DNA of 63,621 nt, the filler included, from Octopus bimaculoides (lineage: Eukaryota), in assembly GCF_001194135.2 (NCBI RefSeq). It is 7 parts of 6 records of this genome, joined end to end, with 100 filler letters (N's around TTAATTAATTAA, not from the genome) between each part and the next. Parts side by side here need not be neighbours in the genome. Positions count along the whole stretch, not along the records: positions 1 to 21,058 come from NC_068984.1; positions 21,159 to 41,625 come from NC_069003.1; 5 more parts are not named here. One strand, 5' to 3'. The position numbers were made by a program, and so were the translations under genes. Shown here piece after piece: positions 11,584-24,501 of this stretch; the first letter of the stretch is position 1; each line of letters opens with the position of its first letter. Under the pieces are notes generated by a model. The model was not told the DNA's origin. It searched no databases and saw only the letters and a list, made by a program, of their open reading frames with translations.

Positions 11584-13084
11584 TATAAGCACACTTCAAC
11601 TCGTCTCAAGTTACATCTTTTGAGATTTTACGTCGTTTTCCTGTTTTTTTTAGAAAGGAATGGAAATAAATAAACCTCAACTACAATTGACTTATTCGAC
11701 TTATTTAAATACATAAAAAAAATTTCTTTTAAATACTTAAAAACAAATATCTAAGTGGAAAATGAAATAAAATGCATGTGAAAATATATAGAAACCATTT
11801 ATTGAAGTAGATAGAAGCTAATAATTTTATTTTTTCATGTTTTNNNNNNNNNNNNNNNNNNNNNNNNNNNNNNNNNNNNNNNNNNNNNNNNNNNNNNNNN
11901 NNNNNNNNNNNNNNNNNNNNNNNNNNNNNNNNNNNNNNNNNNNNNNNNNNNNNNNNNNNNNNNNNNNNNNNNNNNNNNNNNNNNNNNNNNNNNNNNNNNN
12001 NNNNNNNNNNNNNNNNNNNNNNNNNNNNNNNNNNNNNNNNNNNNNNNNNNNNNNNNNNNNNNNNNNNNNNNNNNNNNNNNNNNNNNNNNNNNNNNNNNNN
12101 NNNNNNNNNNNNNNNNNNNNNNNNNNNNNNNNNNNNNNNNNNNNNNNNNNNNNNNNNNNNNNNNNNNNNNNNNNNNNNNNNNNNNNNNNNNNNNNNNNNN
12201 NNNNNNNNNNNNNNNNNNNNNNNNNNNNNNNNNNNNNNNNNNNNNNNNNNNNNNNNNNNNNNNNNNNNNNNNNNNNNNNNNNNNNNNNNNNNNNNNNNNN
12301 NNNNNNNNNNNNNNNNNNNNNNNNNNNNNNNNNNNNNNNNNNNNNNNNNNNNNNNNNNNNNNNNNNNNNNNNNNNNNNNNNNNNNNNNNNNNNNNNNNNN
12401 NNNNNNNNNNNNNNNNNNNNNNNNNNNNNNNNNNNNNNNNNNNNNNNNNNNNNNNNNNNNNNNNNNNNNNNNNNNNNNNNNNNNNNNNNNNNNNNNNNNN
12501 NNNNNNNNNNNNNNNNNNNNNNNNNNNNNNNNNNNNNNNNNNNNNNNNNNNNNNNNNNNNNNNNNNNNNNNNNNNNNNNNNNNNNNNTCACATACAGAAC
12601 TTTTCCTATAGTGTACTAAAGAACTGGTATAATTGCTCACGTGTTACTGACTCTTTCTCTGCTGTAATATTTCACATACACATACATGTATCACTCACAT
12701 ACATACTTTTTTTTGTATGACGGCCTGTCTTTGATTATGTTCTTATATGTCGCATTCACACTCTCACACAGACATACATCTTTAACGCTTTAATAAATGT
12801 CTCTGTTATTCATCTAATACGGTTGTGGTCTTTCATTACTGGTCACATATGTTATCGTCGTATAACATATCATGTATATCATCATCGATATATTATTATG
12901 TGTTCGACCGTGTGACACGTTTAAATAAAAGGAGTCCTCTGTTTTTACCATTCGTCACCATTTCTCCTTTTTTAGTTCGCACGGTCGTTCCTTACACCTG
13001 TATATCTATCCATGTGCGTGCATGCGTGTGTATGTGAGCGTATTCATCTGTAGTTTATTTTCTTTTATCTCTATAGGTTTTCAT

Positions 13085-13375
13085 GCGAAGGCGCATGGCT
13101 TAGGAGTATTCAGCTCACGATCAGGAGTTCGATTCCCAGCGGCGCGTTGTGTCCGTGAGCGAGACGCTTTGCTTCTCATTATTCTAGTCCACTCAGCTGG
13201 AAAAAAATGAGTTGTACCTGTAATTCGAAAGGGCCAGCCTTGTCACATTCTGTATCACACTGAATTACACGTGTCTGTGCAGCATTCAGCCACTTGCACG
13301 TTAATTTCACGAGCAAGCTGTTCTGTTGATCGGATCAAGTGGAACCTCCGTTGTCGTGGCCAACAGAGTGCCAGT
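13085..13375 (+). mobile_element. SINE family C, near full length
   Basis: tRNA-like head (gaaggcgcatggctta...ggagttcgattccc), core gtccactcagctgg, tail shared with 1297-1537. Confidence 0.8.
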
Positions 13376-13690
13376 CATCTATCTTAGAGACAGCAAATGA
13401 AACCGACCTCGTCACAACTTGTTCTAGAAGTCGAGGGTCAAGTAATAATTGCTTTCATCGTCAATAACCCTAAAATAATTTTAACTTGTTTTTTCTCAAC
13501 CTCCCCTCCTCCCCACCCCTCTAAAGGTAATAAATAGATTGTCGTTATTTAGGCCTGATCAATTAGACTGGTGATCGAAAGTATCATATTCATGATGTAA
13601 CTATATCATCTTTTTAGAGATATCTTTTTATGTAATATTTGTTTTGTGCTTAATTCTTTCACTGAGAAATTAAATTTTATGATCATTCCC

Positions 13691-14066
13691 GTGGCTGTGT
13701 TGTTAGAAGTTTGCTTCTCAACCACATGGTTCTGAGTTCGAACCCACTGCATTAGTTCATTGAGCAAATATCTTCTACTATAGCCTCGGGCCAACCAAAA
13801 TCTTGTGAGCGGATTTGGTAGACAGAAACTGAAAGAAGCCGTTGTATATATGCATATATCTATGTGTGTGCTTTTGTGTCTGTGTTTATTCCCAGCCACT
13901 GCTTGACAACTGTCCTAACTTAGTGGTTCGGCAGAAGTAACCGATAGAATAAATACCAGGTTTTAAAAATTAAATACTGGGTTCGATTCGTTCGACTAAA
14001 AGTTCTTGAAGGCGGTGTTCTAGCATGGCCGCAGTCTAATGACTGAAACAAGGAAAATATAAAAGA
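13691..14066 (+). mobile_element. SINE family A, diverged copy
   Basis: Head, central microsatellite and 3' module all recognisable. Confidence 0.85.
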
Positions 14067-14680
14067 TCCACAAAAACAAATACAATTGATATTTTCCCAG
14101 CTTCCAAAAGTTTTTGATTCTTACTCTGCAGAGAAATATTTGATGAAATATGTAATAAACTTAAGAAAATGTGAAAAATTGTCTTTGGTAAAACAAAGTG
14201 TCACTGAAGTGTCTCCACTTTTCGTGAACCAAAACCGCTTTCCTCATTTACCGGTAATAAAATTTTAAGCGAGTTTATCCACTTTCCGCGTTCAGAGGGT
14301 TTAAGACAGAAATGTGTAATTTGAGGAATATTTAGTTACTATTTTTAACACATCAAGCAACTGAGCAGAAGATCCTTTGTTGACTCATGTCAATTGAACT
14401 GATGGCATATCGTAAGCGAAAATTTCGATGGCTTACAGGCAAGAGTTAAAAGATTCTCCGTTTTTTTTTTGTTTTGTTTTTTTCTTGTTTACTTAACAGA
14501 GTTTAAGGATGTTTAAACATGGATTGTAATTTTACAGTTAAAAGTAAAGATTTTACTTATTTTATAGAACCTGCAGAATTCGTACAATGTTGATGATGTC
14601 ACAATATTTTAGTTATACTTCTTCACGCTCTCGGTTCAATTTCTATCTCGGAAATCGATAAAATAAGTTAACTGTGAGGT

Positions 14681-15121
14681 ATTGCTTTCAAATTTTGGCA
14701 CAGGGCCAGCAATTCCGCGGGAGGGCGTCTAGTCGATTACATCGACCCCAGAGCTCAACTGATACTTATTTTATCAACCCTAAGAGGGATGAAAGGCAAA
14801 GACGACTCGGCGGAATTTGAACTCAAAACATAAAAACGGACGAAATGTATTTTGCCCGGCATGCTAACGATTCTGCCAGCTAGCCGTCTTAGTTAACTAT
14901 AAGATATTGCTTTCAAATTTTGACACAAGGCCAGTATTTTCGGGGGGTTGTTAAGTCGATCACATCGACCCCAGTGTTCAACTGGTACTTATTTCATCGA
15001 TCCCGAAAGGATAAAAGGCAAAGACTACCCCGGCGGAATTTGAATTCAGAACGTAAAGACGGACGAAATGCCGCTAAGCATTTTGCCCAGCGTACTAACG
15101 ATTCTGCCAGCTCGCTGCCTT
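14681..15121 (-). mobile_element. Tandem dimer of SINE family B (14681-14890, 14906-15121)
   Basis: Sense strand reads aaggcggcgagctggcagaatcgttagc (A box)...gttctgagttcaaattcc (B box)...ctttcatcctttcggggtcgataaaataagtacc. Confidence 0.88.
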
Positions 15122-15204
15122 TAGTTGACTGCAAAATATTAAAAATTGCGTGTAGCAGGCTGTCATAAAATAAAGGCCATTGAGTAACGAATTCCAAGGC
15201 TAAT

Positions 15205-15295
15205 GATTAGTATAGTGTTATAGTATAGTATAATGATAGTATAGTGCCATCATAGTGCCATAGTGTAGTATAATGATAGTATAGTGCCATCATAG
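15205..15295. repeat. ATAGT/GCCAT minisatellite
   Basis: Repeated tagtataatgatagtatagtgccatcatag units. Confidence 0.8.
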
Positions 15296-16137
15296 CTCTC
15301 AAATGTTTCTAACAGAGAAAGCAAGTGGATGAGAAAAATATGAATATACACAATTACATGGCTGTGAGATAAGTTTGCTTTCGGATCTTTTTTAAAACGG
15401 GGGCCACATTTTTCATTAATGTTTTACGTAGTGTTTTTGGTACCGAAAGACTTTCAAACTTCGTATACTTATCTATTTTGTGTTATAGAACAGAAAAATA
15501 TTTTTGTATTCGAATTTATTTCATGTAAAAAATTGTCTTATTTCGATAATTTCAACCAATCACTGACAAGTATTCAGTTGTTTATATTTACTCCTTTGGC
15601 TGATTAAGCGGTGTAAAGCGTATTTAATTTCCATAGCTTCGTTTTGCTTTTTTCTTTTTAAATTTTCTGTTTTATCCTAACCCTAACCCTATCACCGATA
15701 GAATTGTTTCAGAATCGTTTGTTTATGTAGTCGGCACTTAATGTATATCGGCTGAATGGACGTCNNNNNNNNNNNNNNNNNNNNNNNNNNNNNNNNNNNN
15801 NNNNNNNNNNNNNNNNNNNNNNNNNNNNNNNNNNNNNNNNNNNNNNNNNNNNNNNNNNNNNNNNNNNNNNNNNNNNNNNNNNNNNNNNNNNNNNNNNNNN
15901 NNNNNNNNNNNNNNNNNNNNNNNNNNNNNNNNNNNNNNNNNNNNNNNNNNNNNNNNNNNNNNNNNNNNNNNNNNNNNNNNNNNNNNNNNNNNNNNNNNNN
16001 NNNNNNNNNNNNNNNNNNNNNNNNNNNNNNNNNNNNNNNNNNNNNNNNNNNNNNNNNNNNNNNNNNNNNNNNNNNNNNNNNNNNNNNNNNNNNNNNNNNN
16101 NNNNNNNNNNNNNNNNNNNNNNNNNNNNNNNNNNNNN

Positions 16138-16157
16138 GAAATTGAAAGAAGCCCGTC

Positions 16158-16196
<39 letters not shown>

Positions 16197-16385
16197 CCTT
16201 TGTGACTATATCCCTACCGCTCGACATCTAGTGTTAGTTTCTTTACATTCCCGTAACTTAGCAGATCGGCAAGAGACCGATAGAATAAGTACCAGACTTA
16301 AAAATAAGTACTGGGATCGATTTGTTCAACTAAAACCCTTCGGTGGCGGTGCCCCAGCATGGTTGCAGTCAAATGACTGAAACAA
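16138..16385 (+). mobile_element. SINE family A, 5' end in gap
   Basis: gaaagaagcccgtc, (TG)n, then the 3' module. Confidence 0.85.
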
Positions 16386-16437
16386 CTGTGACAGACAGAC
16401 AGACAGAGATGAGACAGACAGATAGACAAACAGATAC

Positions 16438-16512
16438 ACGAGACAAACAATTAGATAAATGAGACAAACAATTAGATAAATGAGACAAACAATTAGATAA
16501 ATGAGACAGACA
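16438..16512. repeat. 21-bp tandem repeat (gagacaaacaattagataaat) x3
   Basis: Direct reading. Confidence 0.9.
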
Positions 16513-17074
16513 GACAAAGAGTAAATTAGAGAAGAGTAAAACAACATTTTTGTGAATGAAAAAAAAAACAGGATGAAGCAATTTAATGAATGATATTAAT
16601 GAAATAATTACTCTTTCGATCAACTACCTACATTCCATAAGTCTGCTCGAAAGCAGCTAACATGGCTATTACGCCACACACACACAACATCATCATCATC
16701 ACTTTTGAATACACGAGTTTAATAACTACTCAATAATAAATAATTACTGTTATGTCGCCTACGAATAAAATAGATTAAAAATATTCGTTCAGTTTATGAG
16801 CTGCAAACCAAGCAGGATCAGACAAAGCGACAACGAAATAAGCAAAACGTGTACCTGACGGAAGAATGTAACAATGAGTCTGACGAGACCTAAAACTACT
16901 GTGATGAAAGACCATATCTCTCTCCTTACAGTTTTAACCGAGAAAATTGCTTTGCAGCAAGATTGAATAGCTTCATAAATGCAATTAAGTATTCTGCTAT
17001 ATAAGGAGTTATCAAAATTATTGCCAACAATTGAAAGCTCATAAACCCAAATAGTTACACCATACCGATAAAGT

Positions 17075-17528
17075 ATTTGCTTCAAATTTTGGTACAAGGG
17101 CAACAACTTGGGGTTGGGGAGGAAGGTTAGTCGAATTACATCGACCTCAATGCTCAACTGGTAATTATTTTATAGGCCCAGAAAAGATGAAAAGCAAAGA
17201 CGACCTCGGCGGAATTTGAACTCAGGCGTAAAAACTGACGAAATGCTGCTAAGCATTTTGCCCGACGTGCTAACCATTTCACTAGCTCGCAGCTTTACAT
17301 ACAGATAAATATTGGTTTCAAATTTTGGCACAAAGCCAGCAAGTTTGAAGGAGGGACTAAGTCGATTACATCGACCCCCAGTGTTTAATTGGTACTTATT
17401 TTATCGACCCTGAAAGAATGAAAGGCAAAGTCTACCTCGGCGGAATTTGAACTCAGAACGTAAAGATGGACGAAATGCCACTATGCATTTCACCCGGCGT
17501 GCTAATGATTCTGCCAGCTCGCCGCCTT
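17075..17528 (-). mobile_element. Tandem dimer of SINE family B (17075-17296, 17311-17528)
   Basis: Same family as 14681-15121. Confidence 0.88.
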
Positions 17529-17626
17529 CATACAGATAAATATTAATCAGAATAATTAATGGTATTCACCCGTAACTTTTTGAGGGTTTCCTTTGTCTCG
17601 TAATTAGAATCATTACAAGAATATAA

Positions 17627-17987
17627 GCGCAGGCGTGGCTGTGTGGTAAGAATTTTCCTCCCCAACCACATGATTACAGGTTCAATCCCACTGCATAGCC
17701 TCGGGCCGACCAGAGCCTTGTGAATGAATTTAGTAGACAGAAACCGAAAGAAGCCCGTCGTGTATAATGTGTGTCTTTGTGTCCCACACAACCGCATGAC
17801 AACCGGTGTTGGTGTGTTTACGTCTCCATAACCTAGCGGTTTGGCAAAATGGAACCGATAGAATAAGTACTAAGGTTTTTATTTTTAAAAAAATGTATTG
17901 GGGTCGATTCGTTCGACTAAAATTCTTCAAGGCGGTGCCCCAGCATAGCCACAGTCTAACGACTAAACCATTTAAGAGATAAAAGAT
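17627..17987 (+). mobile_element. SINE family A
   Basis: Head through 3' module, with a small head deletion. Confidence 0.85.
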
Positions 17988-18242
17988 GTACACAACACGT
18001 GTTTTTAATGTAAAGAATAACATGGACGAAAACACAGCGGTTGTAATAATGGCTTCTGGTCTAGGCATAAACCAGAGGTAATTAGTCGATCCAAGTACAG
18101 GAATAACACCAGCTTTCTGGATTTTGATGGTCCTAATCAGGAACCTCTTATAATCCACACTAATTTACGAGCAGGAACTTCAAAATCTCGCGGCTACCAG
18201 ACAAGTTCATTGATGCAGAGTAGTTTTAATGAACTTCTGTCA

Positions 18243-18502
18243 TTTATATTTCTTTTATTTATTCCAGTTGTTTGACAGCGGCCATGCTAGAGCACAGCCT
18301 TGAAGGGTTTTAATCGAACAAATTGACCCCAGGACCTTTTTTCTAAGCCTAGTAATTAGTTTATCGATCTTTTGCCGAACCGCTAGGTTACGAGGAAACA
18401 GAGACACACTATATATCTCTCTCCACCCCTACACTAAGTTACGGGGACGTAAACACACCAGCATTGATTGTCAAGTGATGTTGGGAGGACAAACACAGAT
18501 AC

Positions 18503-18535
<33 letters not shown>

Positions 18536-18887
18536 CATATATACGACGGGCTTCTTTCAGTTTCCGTCTACCAAATCCACTCACAAGGCTTTGGTCGGCC
18601 CAAGGCTATAGTAGAAGACACTTGCCCAAGGTGCCACGCAGTGGGACTGAACCCGGAACCATATGGTTCGTAAGCAAGCTACTTACCACACAGCCACTCC
18701 TACGCCTATGAACGGCAGAAATATATATATATACGACAAGCTTCTTTCAGTTTCCGTCTAACAAATGAACTCACAAGGCTTTGGTCGGCCCAAGGCTATA
18801 GTAGAAGACACTTGCCCAAGGTGCCACGCAGTGGGAACCATATCGTTGGGAAGCAAGCTTCTAACCACACGGCCACGCCTACGCCTA
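18243..18887 (-). mobile_element. SINE family A with a tandemly duplicated head (18541-18705 and 18730-18887)
   Basis: Two consecutive copies of acgac..gcttctttcagtttccgtcta...ccacgcctacgcct. Confidence 0.85.
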
Positions 18888-19084
18888 TACAGATATCTGG
18901 GCTTATGTACAGGTATCTGTATTTAATTTTAAAATTCAAATAAATTTAATATTTGATTGTGTTGACTAAGGTGGCTACGCCTGGTTCGGAAAAATATCAG
19001 TAATCCGGAAAAGCCACCTTCAAACCAAAGGTTCCGGAAAATCGACGCTGTATTTGTACTAAACCGGTAATCTTCAAAATATAT

Positions 19085-19200
19085 ATAAAATTGAGAATGC
19101 ATGTCTGTGTCTCTGTGTGTGTGTGTGAATCCCTAAAATTCCAGAACTACACAACCAATTTCCTTCAAATTTTACACATGCCTTACTTGGGGCCCCGGTT
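19085..19200 (+). repeat. Interspersed repeat fragment, possibly a non-autonomous Helitron-like 5' end; related copy at 47335-47400
   Basis: aatccctaaaa..c.gaactacacaacc.atttc..tc.aatt...ca.atgcc.tacttgggg present in both places; classification tentative. Confidence 0.4.
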
Positions 19201-19496
19201 GTGTTTTAGTCAAAAACAAATTTTAACTTCTTGCATACTTCCAGCCCACAGCAACATCATATCTCCTCCACTATTTAAGTATTACGTGTCAAAAGTGAAA
19301 CAAAAACACTCATGTCATTCGAACCGGAATCTCAAAAACATTGTCACCTTACATCTCATTCTCATTTAAGTACCACGACAGGCAAATAAAAATTACTTGT
19401 TTATTTTAAAGACTTGTGGAGGATTGAAAGGCAAAATTAACCTCAGCGAGAATTGAACTCAGTACGTAAAGCACTGAAACGAATACCTCGGAAGTA

Positions 19497-20052
19497 CAGT
19501 AAAACATCACTTGACAAGGACTCACTTTACGAGACCCCTGCTTTACGAGTTTTACTTTTCAAGCACAAGATCCAAATTTTGAACGAAGTGCAAAAGTTCC
19601 TACTACCATAACAAATGTTTCTGCGTGTTACCGAGAAATTTATAGAGAGCGAAAAAAAACTTCTAAGCAAACAACTCTAGACTCGTTTTTTAAAAAGAAA
19701 TCTACAAGTTCGCCTACGAGTGCTTGTGAATCGGCAATCGCGTCTACAAGTGATGGTGTGTGTGAGTCTAGTGCGAGTGGAAGTAATTCAGAAAACGATT
19801 ATAATAATGATATTTCTTGTTATAAATGATTTTGACATACTTTTTACTTTACATAAAATGCTCTTTGCATTCTACTGTTGTTTTATTGCCATTTATTTAA
19901 GAGTATTATAAATTTTATAGGTAAAATATTTTTCTGAGAACGAATTACAATTTGTAACATTGCTACTATGGGAAATTATTGCTCTGTGTCACGAGTTTTC
20001 GTTTTACGAGCGGTCTCCGGGAACAAATTAACTCGTATATGAAGCATTACTG
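19497..20052. mobile_element. pogo/Tigger-like non-autonomous DNA transposon (556 bp, TA TSD)
   Basis: TA|CAGTAA...TTACTG|TA termini; subterminal tttacgag repeats at both ends and the ggaac..actcgta..tactg 3' layout typical of Tigger-like MITEs. Confidence 0.75.
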
Positions 20053-20069
20053 TACTTTCTGACGTAAGC

Positions 20070-20910
20070 AAAAGGCCACAATTTGGTAAGGAAAGAACTA
20101 ATCGATTAAATTAACCTCAGTATTTCACTGACACTTTGTTATCGATCCCGAGAGAGATTAAAAGTAAAGCTGACCTCGGCGTAATTTGAACTCAGCACTA
20201 AAAGAGGTAATGTTCCTACTCTAGAAACAAAGCCTGAAATCATGGGGTAGGGGAAATCGATTACATCGACTCCGGTGTTCAACTGGTGACTTATTTTACT
20301 GACCGTGAAAGGATGAAAGGAAAAATCGACCTCGAATTTGAACTCAGAACGTAAACAGCCGGTAGAAATACCGCTAAGCGTTTTGCCCGGCCTGTGCTAA
20401 CGATTCTGCCACCTCGCCGCCTTTGCATAATAATAATGATGATGATGATGATGATGACTTCAAATATTGGCACAAGGCCAACAAGTTCAAAGGTGAAGGA
20501 ATGTCGATTACATCAACCCCCATATTCAAATGGTACTCGTTTCCTCCACCCCGAAAGGATGAAAGGCAAAGGCGACTACGGCGGAATTTGAACTCAGAAC
20601 GTAAACACGGACGGAATAACGCTAAGCATTTAGCAAGCCGGGTGAAATGCTTAGCAGTATTTCGTCTGTTTACGTTCTGAGTTCAAATTCGGACGAGGTC
20701 GACTTTGCATTTCATCCTTTCGGGGACGATAAATTAAGTACCAGTTGCGTACTGGGGTTGATGTAATCGACTGGCCCCTCCCCAGGGCCTTGTGCCTAGA
20801 GTAGCAAAGAATAATATTTTCTACTATAGGTATAAAAATACAAATCCTGAAATTTAGGGTGAGGGAGATAATCGATTACATCGGCTCCAGAGCTCAAATG
20901 GAACTTATTT
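20070..20910. mobile_element. Cluster of five SINE family B copies or fragments (four minus, one plus at 20630-20810)
   Basis: Repeated gtcgattacatc.acccc / ggtacttattt / ggaatttgaactcagaacgtaaa modules. Confidence 0.85.
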
Positions 20911-21058
20911 ATTTCATCAACCCCCCAATAATAATAGAAGCAGTAGTAGCAGCAGTAATAAGCAAGTGATGGCAACAGTAATAAGACTTGGATTTCGTGA
21001 GGAGGGAGACAGTCGGGATCTTGTTCAAAACGGGGGCACCAGTATTTTCTTAACGAAA

Positions 21059-21158
21059 NNNNNNNNNNNNNNNNNNNNNNNNNNNNNNNNNNNNNNNNNN
21101 NNTTAATTAATTAANNNNNNNNNNNNNNNNNNNNNNNNNNNNNNNNNNNNNNNNNNNN
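21059..21158. other. Artificial scaffold linker (44 N + TTAATTAATTAA + 44 N); same linker cores at 41670, 51154, 56744, 59389, 61177
   Basis: Identical 12-mer with stop codons in all six frames inside N runs, six times; 44-N flanks counted at several. Confidence 0.97.
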
Positions 21159-21357
21159 TACTGCCATTTATATTATTATTCAAATTCTCATTCCTACCTG
21201 TTTCCCTAGACTCAAGTATTTTAATGTTATGTGCTGCTACTATCTGTTCTATGTTCCTAGTATTTGAAAATCCAAATCTGATTATATGTGTGTTGATAAT
21301 CTTACCATTATTATATATATATATACATATATATAAATACATATATCCTTTTATTCT

Positions 21358-21729
21358 AATATTTGTATGTGGCCATTTGACTGTGGCCATGCTGGAACAT
21401 GGCTTCAATCGTGCAAATCGATCCCAGGACTCATTCTTTTTGAACCTAGTACTTATTCTATCGGTTTTTTGCCAAACCACTTGGTTACGGGGACGTAAAC
21501 ACACCAGCATCAGTTGTCAAGCGATGTTGGCGGACAGACACAAACATATACACACACAAACGCACACACACACACACGCACATACGCACACACACACACA
21601 CACACAGATACGACATGTCGGCCCGAGGCTATAGTAGAATACACTTGCTCAAGGTGCCACGCAGTGGGACTGAATCCGTAACCATGTGCTTGGTAGGCAA
21701 GCTACTTACCACACACCCACTCCTACGCC
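21358..21729 (-). mobile_element. SINE family A with internal deletion
   Basis: Reverse complement of the 3' module, microsatellite and head. Confidence 0.85.
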
Positions 21730-21735
21730 TATATG

Positions 21736-21780
<45 letters not shown>

Positions 21781-21795
21781 NNNNNNNNNNNNNNN

Positions 21796-21857
<62 letters not shown>

Positions 21858-22009
21858 GACGCACACATACATACCTACATACATACCTACATACATACAT
21901 GCATACATACATATGTGTGCATTTACAATTAGATATATACAGTACTTCCTAGAAGGAATGCTCTTGTTTTAATCGTTTCAGTGTAAAACCTAAATAGCAG
22001 TCTGGTTCA

Positions 22010-22660
22010 CAAGATGAGAAACAAACAAACTGAACCAGATTTCGATGAGAAACGAAGGGAAAATATCTGCAGTTACTGGAATTATTTCCAAAGAGCTCTG
22101 TGATGAATATTTATCTGAAGCTCTACCATTTGTTCATGAACACACTGAAAAACTAAACAAATTCATATAAACCACAAAACGAAGTTGTTGATACAGGGCC
22201 ATCTTTTGTGGCCAAAGTAATATCGCCTGAAACTGAACTTAAGTAGAATATCAGTAAAACAAAAATACGAAGAAAACATCAAAGATACACTATATGGATT
22301 GGTTATAGGAAATGTTATACAAAGAACTTCAAGTAACATTGAAAATGTGCGTAGAAAGGAGATATTTCTTTGCCCAAAGCATTCCTAAACGATGGTAAGC
22401 TGTAATCTTTTCCCGATTGGCATCTTTAAATACAGGAATCATGACAATGAAATTTCTGAGAGAGGTTGGAATATGTGGAATGTGGAAGAAGATTTATTTT
22501 GTTTACCATTTCGATTGTTTAGCAAATACATGAGCTAGAGAGAACAGGGAAATAAATCTACCACAGAAAAATGGAAAGAATTTGGTGTCTGAATTCTTCA
22601 GAATTAATGTATTAGCCAACATAAGATGAATTGTGTATATTAGTAGGAGCTGAAGCAGCG
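22010..22660 (+). pseudogene. Decayed hAT-like (ZMYM1/TTF zinc-finger type) transposase N-terminal region
   Basis: Frameshifted reading gives ...GPSFV...PKAFLNDGK..SFPDW...NEISERGWNMWNVEEDLFCLPFRLFS...KW...SQHKMNC, resembling the W..D..FC..C.LF...W...S..H..C pattern. Confidence 0.45.
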
Positions 22661-22719
22661 AAGTCATTTCAACACAAGAATTTACCATTTTCTATATAAA
22701 TGCAAGTAACAAGGGAATG

Positions 22720-23145
22720 ATAGGAAGCCGGAAACTGAACTGGATGCTAGAGTTTCAGGCACTCGCACACTATTGCATCAGCTCCAGCGTTCGATCCTCG
22801 GAAGCGTAATTTTTCTATCTTCAGTTCGGTTTTTGTGTCTATTCTCACCAATGGTTATGAATGTTGGGTAATGACTGACAGAGCAAAATACAGGCAACCG
22901 AACTGTGGTTCCTCTGAAGGATATCTGGAATAACGTTTCTCGACAGAGTGCATGATTCGGAGATCACCGAGTCTCTCCGGGTCAAGCCGATACTTCTCTG
23001 CATTGAGGGATTACATCTCCAGTACTAGAGACATGTGATTAGAATGTCGCAGGAAGGAATCGCAAGATAGGCTCTTCAAGTCCAGCTGACTAGCAGAAGA
23101 CCTGGGTTAGACCAAGAACGAGATGATTGGATGAGATTCACATTG
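22720..23145 (+). mobile_element. RTE-clade (Expander/Rex3-like) LINE 3' fragment
   Basis: IFSSVFVSILTNGYECWVMTDR...ELWFL*RISGITFLDRVHDSEITESLRVKPILLCIE...HVIRM...RRP...RPRTR. Confidence 0.8.
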
Positions 23146-24501
23146 TCAGCCGGAAAGTGTAATGGTGGTTGTTTCTGATAAGATCCCATGCAGGAGGTGC
23201 TCTATGACTCTTTCGCAGTGGCTCTTCCACGAAGAATGGGTGGATTAAATGGATTAATGTCTGGACTAAATTCAATATTTACACCACCTGATCGACATAA
23301 TTTTGGGTATTAAAGAGTCTTATACTTTTCAAACTGGCGATGTTCACAATTGTAACTTCTGTAGGTTTTGTTGAACGTTGCCTATTGTCTCCTTGGTAGC
23401 CGACACTCGAAACACGTGTTAGGAAAGTAAAAACAAAAACGAAACAAGGAAACATTATTTGTCAGCTGTATCACACAATGAAGTTGTTTCTCTATGTTGT
23501 GTTATTGTCTTGAAAGACAGTCTCTGAAAGATCAAAAGTAGGATTGTATTTAATATATGATGCAACACTTGATTCCATACATATTCAAACAGACAACATG
23601 CGTTTCCTTGTGAGTCGAAGATTCGAAGAAGAATTCTGTTATTGGAAGACTGAAATATGAAAACAGGTTTTCGGATTACTCACCTGATCAAAGAACGATT
23701 GATAAAAAAAATAGCATCCATTTGATAGAGCGCAGGGATTAAGGCTATAACAATGCCGCTGATATTATAGTCGAGTATAAGAGAGTATGAAGAATACTTC
23801 TTCATGAAAATTTTCTCGTCATACTTTAACCGTGTACTAAGAGTCGTATCTGAAGTTGCTACGTTTTCCGAATTTTCTCAAAGACTCTGTAATCTATTTT
23901 ACCATTGTTCGAAAATCTGGCGTATTTTTTTCACTGATAAACACACATTTCTACTCACATACATGTACACATACATTACGTATACATACACAGACTGTCA
24001 ATCGTTGCATGGTGTGACAATACCACATAGGTAGGCAAAATCGGTAGTTCTATGTCTCGAATCGAGTGTACAGGATATTCTTCAATTTAAGCTGCCATCA
24101 GAAGAGACTAGAAATGAAATAAGAGCAAATATTAAATCCATGTTCTCTTTTCAATGTATACGCACGTCATCCGTTTTGTTAGCGATGGCAGCGGTATTGA
24201 CATCTGCAACATAGTAACATTAAACACAACTGATGTCATTGCTGAGATTAAATTCCACACTACTGAAACATTTGTGCAAACCCCAGAGAAACATGGGGAT
24301 CAAACTGACACACCGTTGAGAGCATCAAATAAACCGCTAATACCCTGTGAATATAAATAAGCTAGACACAAATGTGAGAACGCCAAATAAGTGACAAGAG
24401 CAACATTGTGGAACATCATATTAAACTTTGGATTTACTGGACAAAATTACGCAACTACAAGGATAATGTACTGGTGTATGTCAGGCAACATATATAGTCT
24501 A

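Noticed and set aside
15675-15692. Telomeric repeat (cctaaccctaaccct)
   Set aside because: Only about two units, embedded in an interspersed repeat.
14664-17544. CRISPR-like repeat-spacer pattern
   Set aside because: The short repeats flank near-identical 220-bp SINEs rather than unique spacers; eukaryotic context, no cas genes.
23385-23428. Hammerhead at GAAACACGTGT
   Set aside because: Palindromic stem III-like word, but no CUGANGA core upstream.
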